DNA from: Promethearchaeia archaeon
GTDB lineage: Archaea; Asgardarchaeota; Lokiarchaeia; Sigyniarchaeales; SOKP01
Assembly: GCA_029856125.1 (NCBI GenBank)
Contig: JAHQWJ010000107.1
Span: forward strand, 69,038 to 133,037
Length of the DNA: 64,000 bases
Direction: 5' to 3'
A program made the position numbers and the translations under genes. Under the pieces are notes generated by a model, which saw nothing but the letters and a program-made list of their open reading frames with translations, was not told where the DNA came from and ran no database searches. Positions 27,562-37,005 of this stretch are shown piece after piece (the first letter of the stretch is position 1; each line of letters begins with the position of its first letter).

Positions 27562-28902
27562 TTACTTCAGATTCTTCTCAATAAATTTATCTAAGGCTTC
27601 TTCAATTGTCGGGCTTTTAACAGCTTCTATATCGTAAGAAACCCTAATAATAGGTTTATTGCTATTAATTAATTTTTCAAGGTCGATCGGGCTGCCATCA
27701 ATTATAAGTTCACATTCTGCTTTATTGAGCGTTTCTTCCATGTCTTTAATTTGTTGGTCGTTGTATCCCATAGCTGGAACTATCTGTGTGATCTGTGGAA
27801 ATTCTTCAAATACCTTTTTCATAGTACCTACAATATATGGTTTAGGATCTATAATTATTGCGCCACTGTTGGTTGCTGCGACAAAACCTGCTCCGTAAGA
27901 CATACTACCATGGGTCAAAGTTGGCCCATCTTCTACAACAATTACTTTTTTGCCCTTTAAATCGGGATTACCTTCGACAGTTACAACCGAATTTGTATAT
28001 ATTTTTGTTGCGTCAGGATTTAATTTGTTTAAGTTATTCTCAACGATTTTTACGTCTTCTGGTTTAGCGTTATTCATTTTATTTACAACAAATGCGTCAG
28101 CAGATCGGGCATTTACTTCGCCGGGATGATACTTCATCTCGTGCCCCGGTCTTAATGGGTCTACAACGACGAAAAGTAAATCTGGAACGTAAAACGATAA
28201 TTCATTGTTTCCACCGTCAAATATGATTACATCTGCTTCTTTTTCCGCCTCTCTAACAATTTTTTCGTAATCTACTCCAGAATAAATCACAAGTCCTTGC
28301 TCAATGTAAGGTTCGTATTCCTCTCGTTCTTCAATTGTACAATCGTATTTATCTAAATCCTCGTACTTCTCAAAACGCATGACATTTTGCTTTATTAAAT
28401 CTCCATAGGGCATTGGTTCTCTTACTGCTACAACCTTATAACCCTTACTCATTAAATACCTGTAGGTTGCTCTAGAAACTTGACTTTTACCGCATCCAGT
28501 TCTAACTGCACATATAGCTACAACTGGTTTATTAGATTTTATTTGGGTAAACTTTCCAGAAATTAATCTATAATTTGCCCCAGCAGATAACACGCGAGAG
28601 CCTTTATGCATTAATTCATCGTGCGAAACATCAGAATACGCAAACACTACCTCATCTATTTGATGAAGTATGATAATTTCTTCAAGGTGTTCTTCCGGAA
28701 GCATTGGGATACCTTTTGGATATAGTTTTCCTGCTAATTCTGCCGGATATTTTCTTTCTGCCCCCTCAATTGTGCCTACATTCTGCTCTCCAGCGATAGT
28801 GAATGCGATAACCTCGTATTCTTCGTTGTCTCTAAAGACTGTGTTAAACACGTGAAAATCCATCCCTAAAGCGCCAATAATAACAACTTTCTTTTTCTGC
28901 AT
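27562..28902 (-). CDS. P-loop protein of the cyclic-2,3-DPG-synthetase-like 'predicted GTPase' family; candidate arginine synthetase (ArcE-like)
   Basis: GALGMDFHVFN, YPAELAGKLYPKGIP, AVRTGCGKS, TIEEREEYEP, VEDGPTLTHG; likely start ATG 28902. Confidence 0.7.
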   Translation of the reverse strand: MQKKKVVIIGALGMDFHVFNTVFRDNEEYEVIAFTIAGEQNVGTIEGAERKYPAELAGKLYPKGIPMLPEEHLEEIIILHQIDEVVFAYSDVSHDELMHKGSRVLSAGANYRLISGKFTQIKSNKPVVAICAVRTGCGKSQVSRATYRYLMSKGYKVVAVREPMPYGDLIKQNVMRFEKYEDLDKYDCTIEEREEYEPYIEQGLVIYSGVDYEKIVREAEKEADVIIFDGGNNELSFYVPDLLFVVVDPLRPGHEMKYHPGEVNARSADAFVVNKMNNAKPEDVKIVENNLNKLNPDATKIYTNSVVTVEGNPDLKGKKVIVVEDGPTLTHGSMSYGAGFVAATNSGAIIIDPKPYIVGTMKKVFEEFPQITQIVPAMGYNDQQIKDMEETLNKAECELIIDGSPIDLEKLINSNKPIIRVSYDIEAVKSPTIEEALDKFIEKNLK

Positions 28903-29123
28903 AGTTAGAAACCATTCTAATAGTATTCCTTTTATTCTTATTATTATAAATTGGGGATATATAATAATAGTTATTGATAGTCTTACGGGAATGACAACCC
29001 ACTCCCTAATCTTTATATCTCGCAAAAAAAGCAGTTATATATTTACCGATTTATTCCATATAATATCATTTTTGGTTAAAAGTATAAAAAATAGATCGTA
29101 TGAAAAACAAGGAGCTTACTTAA

Positions 29124-30566
29124 ATGAAAAAGAATGCGGATGTAGATACAAGCTCAAAACAAGTTGAATACGAGGAACATGTTCCGCTTAAATCTAAATT
29201 TGGTGTTGGATTTGCTAATATGGGAAGTTCATTCATGTCGGCAATTGGATTAGGAACGATAGATGTGTATTATCTTAAAGTATACGGTGCTAATCCGTCG
29301 CTCTTAGCTTTGTCTTGGTTATTATTCATAGTATGGAACATGATAAACGATCCTATCATTGGCATCCTTGAAGAGAGGACTAAAACAAGATGGGGCCGAA
29401 GAATCCCATATTTACGGTTTGGTGCCATCCCATACGCTTTATCGTTCATTTTGGTGTGGTTTCCATTCATGCAAGGAGAGTTTGGTCTTTTTCTCAATCA
29501 TTTATTGATGCTGTTTGTATTTGACACTTTTTTCAGTATGACGGGTCTTATTACATTTGGTTTACCAGCTGAAATGGCGGTAACAGCAAAAGAAAGAAAT
29601 AAAATTAACTTGTTTACCGTGGCTTTTGGATCAGTTGGAATGATATCGCGATGGATTATGGAACCTTTGTTTTTATCAGGCGATCATCCAAATCAACTTG
29701 TTTTTCAAATCGTAGTTACCATATTTGGTATTATATCCGGCTTGCTTATCTTTTCTAGCAGTTATTTAATTAAAGAAAGGCTTTACACACAAAAAGAAGA
29801 GGCTTTTGGGTTTATTAAGAGTATAACTGAAACGCTAAAAAATAAGCCTTTTTTGATAATAGAAGTCAGCATATTTTTCATGACTATCATATCTGAGATG
29901 CTATTTAACGGATTTATCTACTTGTTTGATTACGTTTTTATTTTTAGCGAACTTACAATTTTCTTTTTTCTTCCCGCTTTAATCGTTTTAATAGTGCTAG
30001 GAATTTGGGCGAATAGCAAGATTGGAGCATGGGGGCTCAAGAAAGTGATGATCTTAGGAGGGTTAATAGCATTGATTGGTTATTTAATGACTTTTTTCAT
30101 TGGATTAGCAATGAACTCAAAAATTCCGTTTGAAATTGGTTCGTTTGGGATAGCCTTCATAGGTGTGGGTTTGTTAATGTTCTTGGTGAATCAATCGCCG
30201 CTCATGGGAGAGGCTATAGATAATGATGAGATTCGAACGGGTAAAAGAAGGGAAACTACGTACTCAGGAGTAAATGCTCTTATCACCAAACCCGCAGTAT
30301 CAATTAGTCACTCTCTATTATTAGGAATAATTGGACTATTCGGATATCAACAAGGTGTCGATGTGTCAAATCAACCAGCGACGGTTGCCACGGGAGTTAT
30401 AATTGCATTAACGATCGTACCTATTATATGCATCTTCATTGTTGTTATCTCATTATATTTTAATCCTCTTGAGGGGAAGGAATGGCAAATAAAAAAACGA
30501 CACTTACAAGAAGTGCATAGGCAAAAAGAGAAAGAATATATAAAAGGATTAAAGAAAAAAGTTTAA
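29124..30566 (+). CDS. MFS glycoside-pentoside-hexuronide (GPH/MelB-like) transporter
   Basis: WNMINDPIIG...TKTRWGRRIPY, IDNDEIRTGKRRE; about 12 TM. Confidence 0.88.
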   Translation: MKKNADVDTSSKQVEYEEHVPLKSKFGVGFANMGSSFMSAIGLGTIDVYYLKVYGANPSLLALSWLLFIVWNMINDPIIGILEERTKTRWGRRIPYLRFGAIPYALSFILVWFPFMQGEFGLFLNHLLMLFVFDTFFSMTGLITFGLPAEMAVTAKERNKINLFTVAFGSVGMISRWIMEPLFLSGDHPNQLVFQIVVTIFGIISGLLIFSSSYLIKERLYTQKEEAFGFIKSITETLKNKPFLIIEVSIFFMTIISEMLFNGFIYLFDYVFIFSELTIFFFLPALIVLIVLGIWANSKIGAWGLKKVMILGGLIALIGYLMTFFIGLAMNSKIPFEIGSFGIAFIGVGLLMFLVNQSPLMGEAIDNDEIRTGKRRETTYSGVNALITKPAVSISHSLLLGIIGLFGYQQGVDVSNQPATVATGVIIALTIVPIICIFIVVISLYFNPLEGKEWQIKKRHLQEVHRQKEKEYIKGLKKKV

Positions 30567-30583
30567 TATAAAATTATTATTTC

Positions 30584-31747
30584 CTATAGATACAAATCAG
30601 CAAAATCCATATATCTATCCCAATCATATAAAGATAATTTATGACCTCCTTGCCGAATATGGTAACCTATCGTGTTCATTATAGGCTCATTAATTTTGGG
30701 AAGTATTTCAGCACCCAATCCTGTTTTCCCAAACAAATTATATACGGGTCCTGCGTGTTTTGCAGAAAGAAATTCCCCTATAGGATCAGCCCAAAAGTCG
30801 TCTTGTGCACTTCCGATATAAACGGGTCGAGGTGCGATTAAAGCAATAAGCATGTGCTGATCGATAGGAAGATCAAATTCTCTTCTATTAAACTTCTTAA
30901 AGTTTGCGCATAACCAATGAGGAAAACCTTCATTAATCCTCTTAATTGTCTCTCCTCTTTTACTTCGGAATAAAGCAGCGCCACAGCAACCTGAATTATT
31001 TGATATGACCATTGAGAAGCGGTCATCGTTAACTCCCGCCCATAAAGCGGCTTTTCCCATTCGAGAGTGTCCTATAACAGCTATGCGTTTCTGATCGATA
31101 TCCGAATCAAATTCGAAATAATTCATGAGTTGGATTAGCCCCCAAGCCCATGCTCCAATAGTACCCCATTCATTTTCTAAAGGTCGATTTTGTCCTTCTT
31201 TATAAAATAGAGGATGAGCCCCATTTGAAAAATCATCGCTATTAGGATCAAAATCCCCGAATCTTGCTGTTGCGAGCGCATATCCTCTTTGCAATACATG
31301 CTTGAATGGCCAAAGTTTCAATTTCTTGAAACCACGCCACCAATTTGGTAGACCTACAAAAGCAGGGGCAGGTCTTTTTACATTATTGGGTATATATATC
31401 AGTAGCTTAGCGTTAATCTGTTGTCCTCCTCGCTTTAAAGTAATTTTAACTGCCTTTTTTGTTGCTAATCCATCTAAATCATTTTTATCTTCATTTATAA
31501 TGCTGTATTTAGCTTCAACCGCTTCAGTAGGGATTTTACCATACACATTTTCTTCAAATAAGCGTAAGATTTCTGCCCTTCTCTTCTCGATCCATTGGTT
31601 TTTATCGATAACTTCCTCTCCACTTTCAAAAATTAGGGGATTTGGGAGATTATAATCCTTAATCGTATATTGTAGCTTTTTATCAAGAATCCTTGGTTTC
31701 ATATATTTAAGACCGAGATTCAGTACTGTCCTTTTAAGCTTATTCAT
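30584..31747 (-). CDS. CE15 family (glucuronoyl esterase-like) alpha/beta hydrolase
   Basis: GAWAWG, GHSRMGK nucleophile elbow, SGCCGAA, LPIDQHMLIALIAPRP, WADP. Confidence 0.85.
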   Translation of the reverse strand: MNKLKRTVLNLGLKYMKPRILDKKLQYTIKDYNLPNPLIFESGEEVIDKNQWIEKRRAEILRLFEENVYGKIPTEAVEAKYSIINEDKNDLDGLATKKAVKITLKRGGQQINAKLLIYIPNNVKRPAPAFVGLPNWWRGFKKLKLWPFKHVLQRGYALATARFGDFDPNSDDFSNGAHPLFYKEGQNRPLENEWGTIGAWAWGLIQLMNYFEFDSDIDQKRIAVIGHSRMGKAALWAGVNDDRFSMVISNNSGCCGAALFRSKRGETIKRINEGFPHWLCANFKKFNRREFDLPIDQHMLIALIAPRPVYIGSAQDDFWADPIGEFLSAKHAGPVYNLFGKTGLGAEILPKINEPIMNTIGYHIRQGGHKLSLYDWDRYMDFADLYL

Positions 31748-31781
31748 AACAATTTTAGTGTTTTAAAAAAGATTTTAATTT

Positions 31782-33155
31782 TTAGAACTTAGGAATCCAC
31801 TTTGCTTCAGCTTCGAACATTTCTTCAACCATTTCATAGATATGCGTCGTTGAACACATGCTAGCGGTGTTAGGATCGAGTAATATTGCGTGATAAATCT
31901 TCTCTCGATTCATTTCGAGGACGCCTTCAACTGCTGCTTTTTGTACCATGATATTAGAAGTGCACAACGCTTGACATATAGTTGGTAAGACAATTCCTCC
32001 TTGAGGATGTAACCCGTGATTATCGGCAAAAATAGGGACTTCAACGCAGCAGTCTTTAGGAAGATTGGTAATCAAGCTAGCTTCTTTATTAATTACATTT
32101 CCGTTAAATCCAAAAGTTTCGTTTGTTTCCATGGCATTAATGATGAATGGAGCATATTCTCCTGTGGCCACTTTCTTATAGGGAAGTTTTTGCTTTTTTA
32201 ATGCCCTTAGTATGCTTCTCTCGAATCTACCCTGCATTTTAACTTGCGTTAAATAATCGGCGGCTTGCTCTATCTTGCCTGTTAAGCTTCCCTGAAATTT
32301 TTCTAGAAAATCAGGTAATTTGCGATAATAAGGAACGTATTCGCTAGTATGTCGGGTTTCCTCTGTCATGAAATATCCTCCCGCAGCTTTCATCAAGTCT
32401 AAGCGGACTTTGTCGTTCTCTCCTAACTTTGGATTCTCTTTGAGTTTTTTTTTAATTAACGGGTATGCATCATTCCACACGGAATTTGGGTCTTCCGCAT
32501 TTTTATACCATACTTCAAGAAACCAAGCCATGTGGTTAATACCAGCGCAGAGAAAACTAAAATCTTCAGGTTTTACACCAGCCCAACTTCGTAAAATCAT
32601 TGCCGTACCTTGAACCCCGTGACATAGACCTAACGTGGAGTCTGGAACGATCGAGTTGCAATACCAAGTATTCATTGCCATAGGATTGGCGTAATTTAAG
32701 AGTAAAGGCTTAACTCCGTCGTTATTGGCGTTGTATCCGATTTCTTGCATATCTTGCAGAATTGATTTTAAGGCGCTTGTTGCGCGTAGGAAGCGAAAAA
32801 CGCCACCCGGGCCAATTGTATCTCCTACTGCTTGAGAAACGCCATACTTGTAAGGTATTTCGACATCTATCTTAAAGGCATCCAGTCCGCCTACGTGAAT
32901 GGAGTCAATCACATATTTCGCATCTTCGATTGCCTTTTTTTGATTTGTTGTCTTTTCAATTGTAATATCTTTATCATCGAAAAAATCTTCCTTGAACTTT
33001 TTTACATACCGAAACATTAAGTCTAATCTCTCGGCATGAATATCTTCAAGACAAAGAATCGTATCTTCTTGAAGCGCTGGAAACATAAGGAGATCTGTTA
33101 GTAAGTTTTTTCCAAAAACAAGGGAACCTGCTCCAATGAAAGTAATTTTAACCAC
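31782..33155 (-). CDS. Glycoside hydrolase family 4 (alpha-galactosidase/MelA-like)
   Basis: KITFIGAGS NAD fold, GDTIGPGGVFRFLR, NPMAM, GLCHG, AGINH. Confidence 0.9.
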   Translation of the reverse strand: MVKITFIGAGSLVFGKNLLTDLLMFPALQEDTILCLEDIHAERLDLMFRYVKKFKEDFFDDKDITIEKTTNQKKAIEDAKYVIDSIHVGGLDAFKIDVEIPYKYGVSQAVGDTIGPGGVFRFLRATSALKSILQDMQEIGYNANNDGVKPLLLNYANPMAMNTWYCNSIVPDSTLGLCHGVQGTAMILRSWAGVKPEDFSFLCAGINHMAWFLEVWYKNAEDPNSVWNDAYPLIKKKLKENPKLGENDKVRLDLMKAAGGYFMTEETRHTSEYVPYYRKLPDFLEKFQGSLTGKIEQAADYLTQVKMQGRFERSILRALKKQKLPYKKVATGEYAPFIINAMETNETFGFNGNVINKEASLITNLPKDCCVEVPIFADNHGLHPQGGIVLPTICQALCTSNIMVQKAAVEGVLEMNREKIYHAILLDPNTASMCSTTHIYEMVEEMFEAEAKWIPKF

Positions 33156-33301
33156 AATATTGTTTTTAATACGAATAGATTTTTATAACTTTCTTTTGCT
33201 CAAATTCTTGAGAAAATGATGCAAGAGAAGGATTCTTGAATAAAAAAGAAAATAAAAGAAAAAAATATTGCTACCTCCACATAGGAATGTAATAGATTAG
33301 A

Positions 33302-33332
33302 TTTTTCAAAGGAATTTTCATTGAAATCAGAT
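33302..33332 (+). repeat. 31-bp direct repeat, copy 1 (TTTTTCAAAGGAATTTTCATTGAAATCAGAT)
   Basis: Identical to 34570-34600. Confidence 0.9.
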
Positions 33333-33504
33333 GCTGAATTTACCTTTCCATTCGATTCAAGTGATTTGAATTTGTCAATTGTTCCCTTTTGATTTTGAAA
33401 AAATTCTTGTTAAACATAATAAATAAATATTTGAACGGTGCATGCCAAGTTAAACTTACAATATGCAAGAATAAGTAGAAATAAAATAGAGGAATGGAAC
33501 AAGA

Positions 33505-34401
33505 ATGGGAATTATTTACAAATTCTATGAACCTGATAATGATTATGAGCAGATTCAAGCCGATTTATACAATAATGCAATTGGAAAATATGGAACCCCT
33601 GGCAATGCAACAGCCGACCAGATCAAAGAAAGATATAGGATCGAAGGTTTTGATAATAAAGGCGTCCAATATGCATTTTATGATGATAAGCCAATTGCAT
33701 ATATTCAAACAAGGAAAGTAGTCGAAACAAAACAGGTTTACATCGGGTATCCTTGGTCAACAACTGATTGTCCTGAAGAAGTTAAGGATGAGATGTTTAA
33801 AAATATGGTAAATTATCTAAATACACGTGATCCTGAATTTAAAATAGTTTGTGGGGTAATCCAAGATTCCTGGACTGATGTACGGGATTTTTTAAAAAAG
33901 AACAATTGTACTGTAGAAAACGAGTATAAAACTTACTTTTTGGATATTACAAACCTTAGTAAACTCGATAATAGTGGTTATACCTCTAAAATCGGAACTT
34001 CTGATGACGAGGAGGCACTTTTTGAATTATGCATGTCTGAACCCGGTTTCAATAATACCTTTCCAAATGAAGAAGCAGTGAAAATTTTTGTTAAAAATAT
34101 CCTTAAGGAACTTGAAACGATCCTTATTTTCAAAAATGATGAATTAGTATCCTCTGGCGCAGTTCTTTCTTATGAACCAGATAGAAATAATATTATTAAT
34201 ACACGATTTACAGCTACAAGAGATTATAAGTTCGAGTATTGGAAGGCATACGTTATTGAAATAGCTAAAAGATTAATAAAGAAAGGTTTAGATGGAATGA
34301 AATTTACCTTATTTGATCGTCAACCAGAACATTTAGAATTTTATGATAAATATTCTTCAGGTTCTAGGACTGGATTTATATATGCAGTTCCGAAACCTTG
34401 A
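33505..34401 (+). CDS. Hypothetical protein, possibly tandem GNAT-like fold
   Basis: 298-aa ORF with two alpha/beta halves (YAFYDDKPIAYI; LIFKNDELVSSG); no decisive motif. Confidence 0.55.
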   Translation: MGIIYKFYEPDNDYEQIQADLYNNAIGKYGTPGNATADQIKERYRIEGFDNKGVQYAFYDDKPIAYIQTRKVVETKQVYIGYPWSTTDCPEEVKDEMFKNMVNYLNTRDPEFKIVCGVIQDSWTDVRDFLKKNNCTVENEYKTYFLDITNLSKLDNSGYTSKIGTSDDEEALFELCMSEPGFNNTFPNEEAVKIFVKNILKELETILIFKNDELVSSGAVLSYEPDRNNIINTRFTATRDYKFEYWKAYVIEIAKRLIKKGLDGMKFTLFDRQPEHLEFYDKYSSGSRTGFIYAVPKP

Positions 34402-34569
34402 ATGCTTTGAAAAATTTTTCAAAACTCAATAATTTTTCTATTCTTTTTTTTTTCTGTAATAATATCTAAAAATAGTGATGATTAAAAATGGTATAATCAA
34501 ATCAAAATGCTAAATATTCATATCCTTAGTAAAAATCACATTGATTACGGTCTAAAGATTTAAAATTTT

Positions 34570-34600
34570 TTTTTCAAAGGAATTTTCATTGAAATCAGAT
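34570..34600 (+). repeat. 31-bp direct repeat, copy 2
   Basis: Identical to 33302-33332. Confidence 0.9.
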
Positions 34601-34653
34601 TTTTCTTCATGGAGTTAGATCAATAAATCTTAAGAAATATAATGATTAATTTA

Positions 34654-35229
34654 TCAATCTTCGGCTATCGTCCGTGCTATTTTGAGAAAAAGATCAATGA
34701 ACTCATCATCTGAACCAAAAAGATTTCCAAAAACAATGTGACGTCTCATAATTGCCTTAAGTACTTTCTGCATCGTTTTAGCCTTTTCAATACTAATTTT
34801 CTTCCCCGCAAACTTTTCCATCATTTTAAAAGCCTGGAGAAGACTTTTTTGTGTTTCCTTTCTTTTTGCGATATTCTCATTGATTAGTGCTTGAACATCA
34901 TCTGGTCGGGACATAGCTTCTATTTCCATTGCGGTAATGAATGCCTTTTTTTTTTGATTTAGTTCTAAGTTTTTGCGTAACCAAATCCTAGGATCTGCAT
35001 TTGGATCAGCAAGAAATTCTGACATGCCTAATAGTTCACTGTATTTTTCACCCATCGCTAAAACAATCTCCATTTTGCCTCTTGGAAAATGATGGTAAAG
35101 AGTTCCAACGCTAATTCCTACTTCTTTTGCAATACCTCGAGCGCTAACATTGACATAACCTTTGTTTTCTATTAGCTCTTCTGTAATATCTAATATCTTT
35201 TCTTTTGTTAATGATAAGTTAACTGGCAT
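34654..35229 (-). CDS. TetR/AcrR family regulator (probably leaderless, start ATG 35229)
   Basis: KEKILDITEELI...SARGIAKEVGISVGTLYHHFP HTH; TATA box 35254-35261 about 25 nt upstream of the ATG. Confidence 0.85.
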   Translation of the reverse strand: MPVNLSLTKEKILDITEELIENKGYVNVSARGIAKEVGISVGTLYHHFPRGKMEIVLAMGEKYSELLGMSEFLADPNADPRIWLRKNLELNQKKKAFITAMEIEAMSRPDDVQALINENIAKRKETQKSLLQAFKMMEKFAGKKISIEKAKTMQKVLKAIMRRHIVFGNLFGSDDEFIDLFLKIARTIAED

Positions 35230-35253
35230 TATATAATATGTAGAACATCTTAG

Positions 35254-35415
35254 TATATAAATATATCGATCGATGTTCGACAATATAAAATAACATTTTA
35301 AAGCTTTAAACTGATTATAATAAAAAAATCTTTAAGAAACTCGATCATTGATCGAAATATTTATATATTGTTTTTTATTTTATAATCTTAGATAATAAAA
35401 TCGATCGATGTTCGA
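35254..35415. promoter_or_regulatory. Divergent promoter: TATA boxes 35254-35261 (-) and 35360-35367 (+), three 15-bp TCGA-N7-TCGA operators (35266, 35341, 35401)
   Basis: TCGATCGATGTTCGA twice and the palindrome TCGATCATTGATCGA between the TetR and acyltransferase genes. Confidence 0.8.
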
Positions 35416-35441
35416 TCGAATAAATTAAAAATTAAAAATAG

Positions 35442-36872
35442 GTGGTAAAAATTACACAAATTGAATCAATACACTATAAAAAATTTGAGAGAATGTTAAA
35501 TTCTTTTGAGAGAAGGTTTTTTAGGGCTCCAAACCAAATAATCTCATTAGTAGCTCGAGTAAAAGGACTAATCTCTGAAGAAGATTTAAGGATTTCATTA
35601 GATAAAGTAAGACAGCAACACCCTTTATTAGGAGTCCGAATTTATCTTGATGAAAATAATGATGCATGGTATACTACAGAAAATGTTCCAGAAAACCAAC
35701 TAAGGATTGTTGAACGAACTTCAGAGAGTGATTGGAATCGAGAGCTTTCGAAAGAGTATGGCATTCGATTTGAATTAGGAACAGGACCTTTAGTTCGATT
35801 TGTATTATTACAATCTGAAGAGATTTCTGAAATTATTATTGTATGTCATCATGTTATTTGCGATGGAACTTCATTGACTATTTTAGCCCGTGATATCTTA
35901 ATGTATTTAGGAGACGCTAATCGAGATGTTCAGGAAATGCAAGAGCCCCCCTTAGCGACCTCTGAAAACTTTCAATCAGAGATTAACCTTGGAAAAGCAA
36001 TGCAGTTTGCGATTAAGAAAATGAATTCTATCTGGGGAAAAGACAAAGTTGTGTTCGATGACGAGGACGAAGATAATCTCTTTAAAGCGTTTTTGGATGC
36101 TTATACTTTTAAAATAATTACTGTGGAATTGAATGAAAATGAAACCTCCTTATTTGTTGAAAAATGTCGGCAAAATGAAGTAACTGTAAATTCTGCTCTA
36201 AATATGGCATTTCTTGCAGCCCATTCTTCAATCCTAAGTCCGTTTAAGGGAGGAAAGCAAAATGTTATGGTTCCTGTGAACACACGCAATCGATATAAGA
36301 AACCTGTTGGTGAAAATTTTGGTCTTTATGTTGCAGGATTTCAATTTAAAATAACCAACAATCCAAAAAAGAATTTCTGGGAAAATGCTAAGATGTTTGA
36401 TAAAGGCCTGAAAGATAACCTCAATATTGATAAAATATTTAAATTTGCGGCTCTTACTGAATTAATCGATCCATCTCTTGTAGATGCTCGGAACTTTAGC
36501 TTCTTCGGTAAAAAAGTACCTTCTGATTATAGTAGATATGAAAAAATTCATGCATTTAGCACTAATGAGAAAAATATCGTTAATAAGAGGGCAAAAAAGC
36601 AAATACCAAAATTGCCAGGACTTGCAATTACAAATCTTGGTCAAATGGATTATCCTACAAAATATGGCTCCTTAGAATTAGATCGATTCATCTTTATTAC
36701 ATCGGCTACTCCATTTATTGAGCTCGTAATTCCTGTGGTGACAGTCGCTGGAAAACTAACTTTTACAATTAATTACTTAGAAGAGACAACGGATACCTCA
36801 ACCATGAAGAAGATCAAGGATAAAGCTCTAGAATATATAGAATTAGCAGAATATAAGGAATCAGCAAATTAA
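35442..36872 (+). CDS. CoA-dependent acyltransferase (condensation domain / PapA5 / alcohol acetyltransferase-like)
   Basis: QHPLL, GPLVRF, catalytic HHVICDG (HHxxxDG), PVNTR, ITNLG. Confidence 0.8.
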   Translation: MVKITQIESIHYKKFERMLNSFERRFFRAPNQIISLVARVKGLISEEDLRISLDKVRQQHPLLGVRIYLDENNDAWYTTENVPENQLRIVERTSESDWNRELSKEYGIRFELGTGPLVRFVLLQSEEISEIIIVCHHVICDGTSLTILARDILMYLGDANRDVQEMQEPPLATSENFQSEINLGKAMQFAIKKMNSIWGKDKVVFDDEDEDNLFKAFLDAYTFKIITVELNENETSLFVEKCRQNEVTVNSALNMAFLAAHSSILSPFKGGKQNVMVPVNTRNRYKKPVGENFGLYVAGFQFKITNNPKKNFWENAKMFDKGLKDNLNIDKIFKFAALTELIDPSLVDARNFSFFGKKVPSDYSRYEKIHAFSTNEKNIVNKRAKKQIPKLPGLAITNLGQMDYPTKYGSLELDRFIFITSATPFIELVIPVVTVAGKLTFTINYLEETTDTSTMKKIKDKALEYIELAEYKESAN

Positions 36873-37005
36873 TCTATTTTCTTTTTATTTCTTCTTTACA
36901 TCTAAATCAAAGAAAATTATAAAAGATAATTTTCACTCTTTTTCTTTATCATATTCAATAGCAACTAAAACAACTAAGCCTTGTAGTTTGAGGGAGGAAT
37001 GAACT

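Noticed and set aside
28903-29025. 41-aa N-terminal extension of the ArcE-like ORF
   Set aside because: Family-like sequence starts at MQKKKVVIIG (28902); the extension covers AT-rich promoter-like DNA.
33302-34600. CRISPR array, because the repeat contains ATTGAAA
   Set aside because: Only two copies, 1.27 kb apart with a gene between them; no spacer-sized intervals and no cas genes.
35230-35283. N-terminal extension of the TetR ORF to 35283
   Set aside because: It overlaps the TATA box and operator; ATG 35229 fits better.
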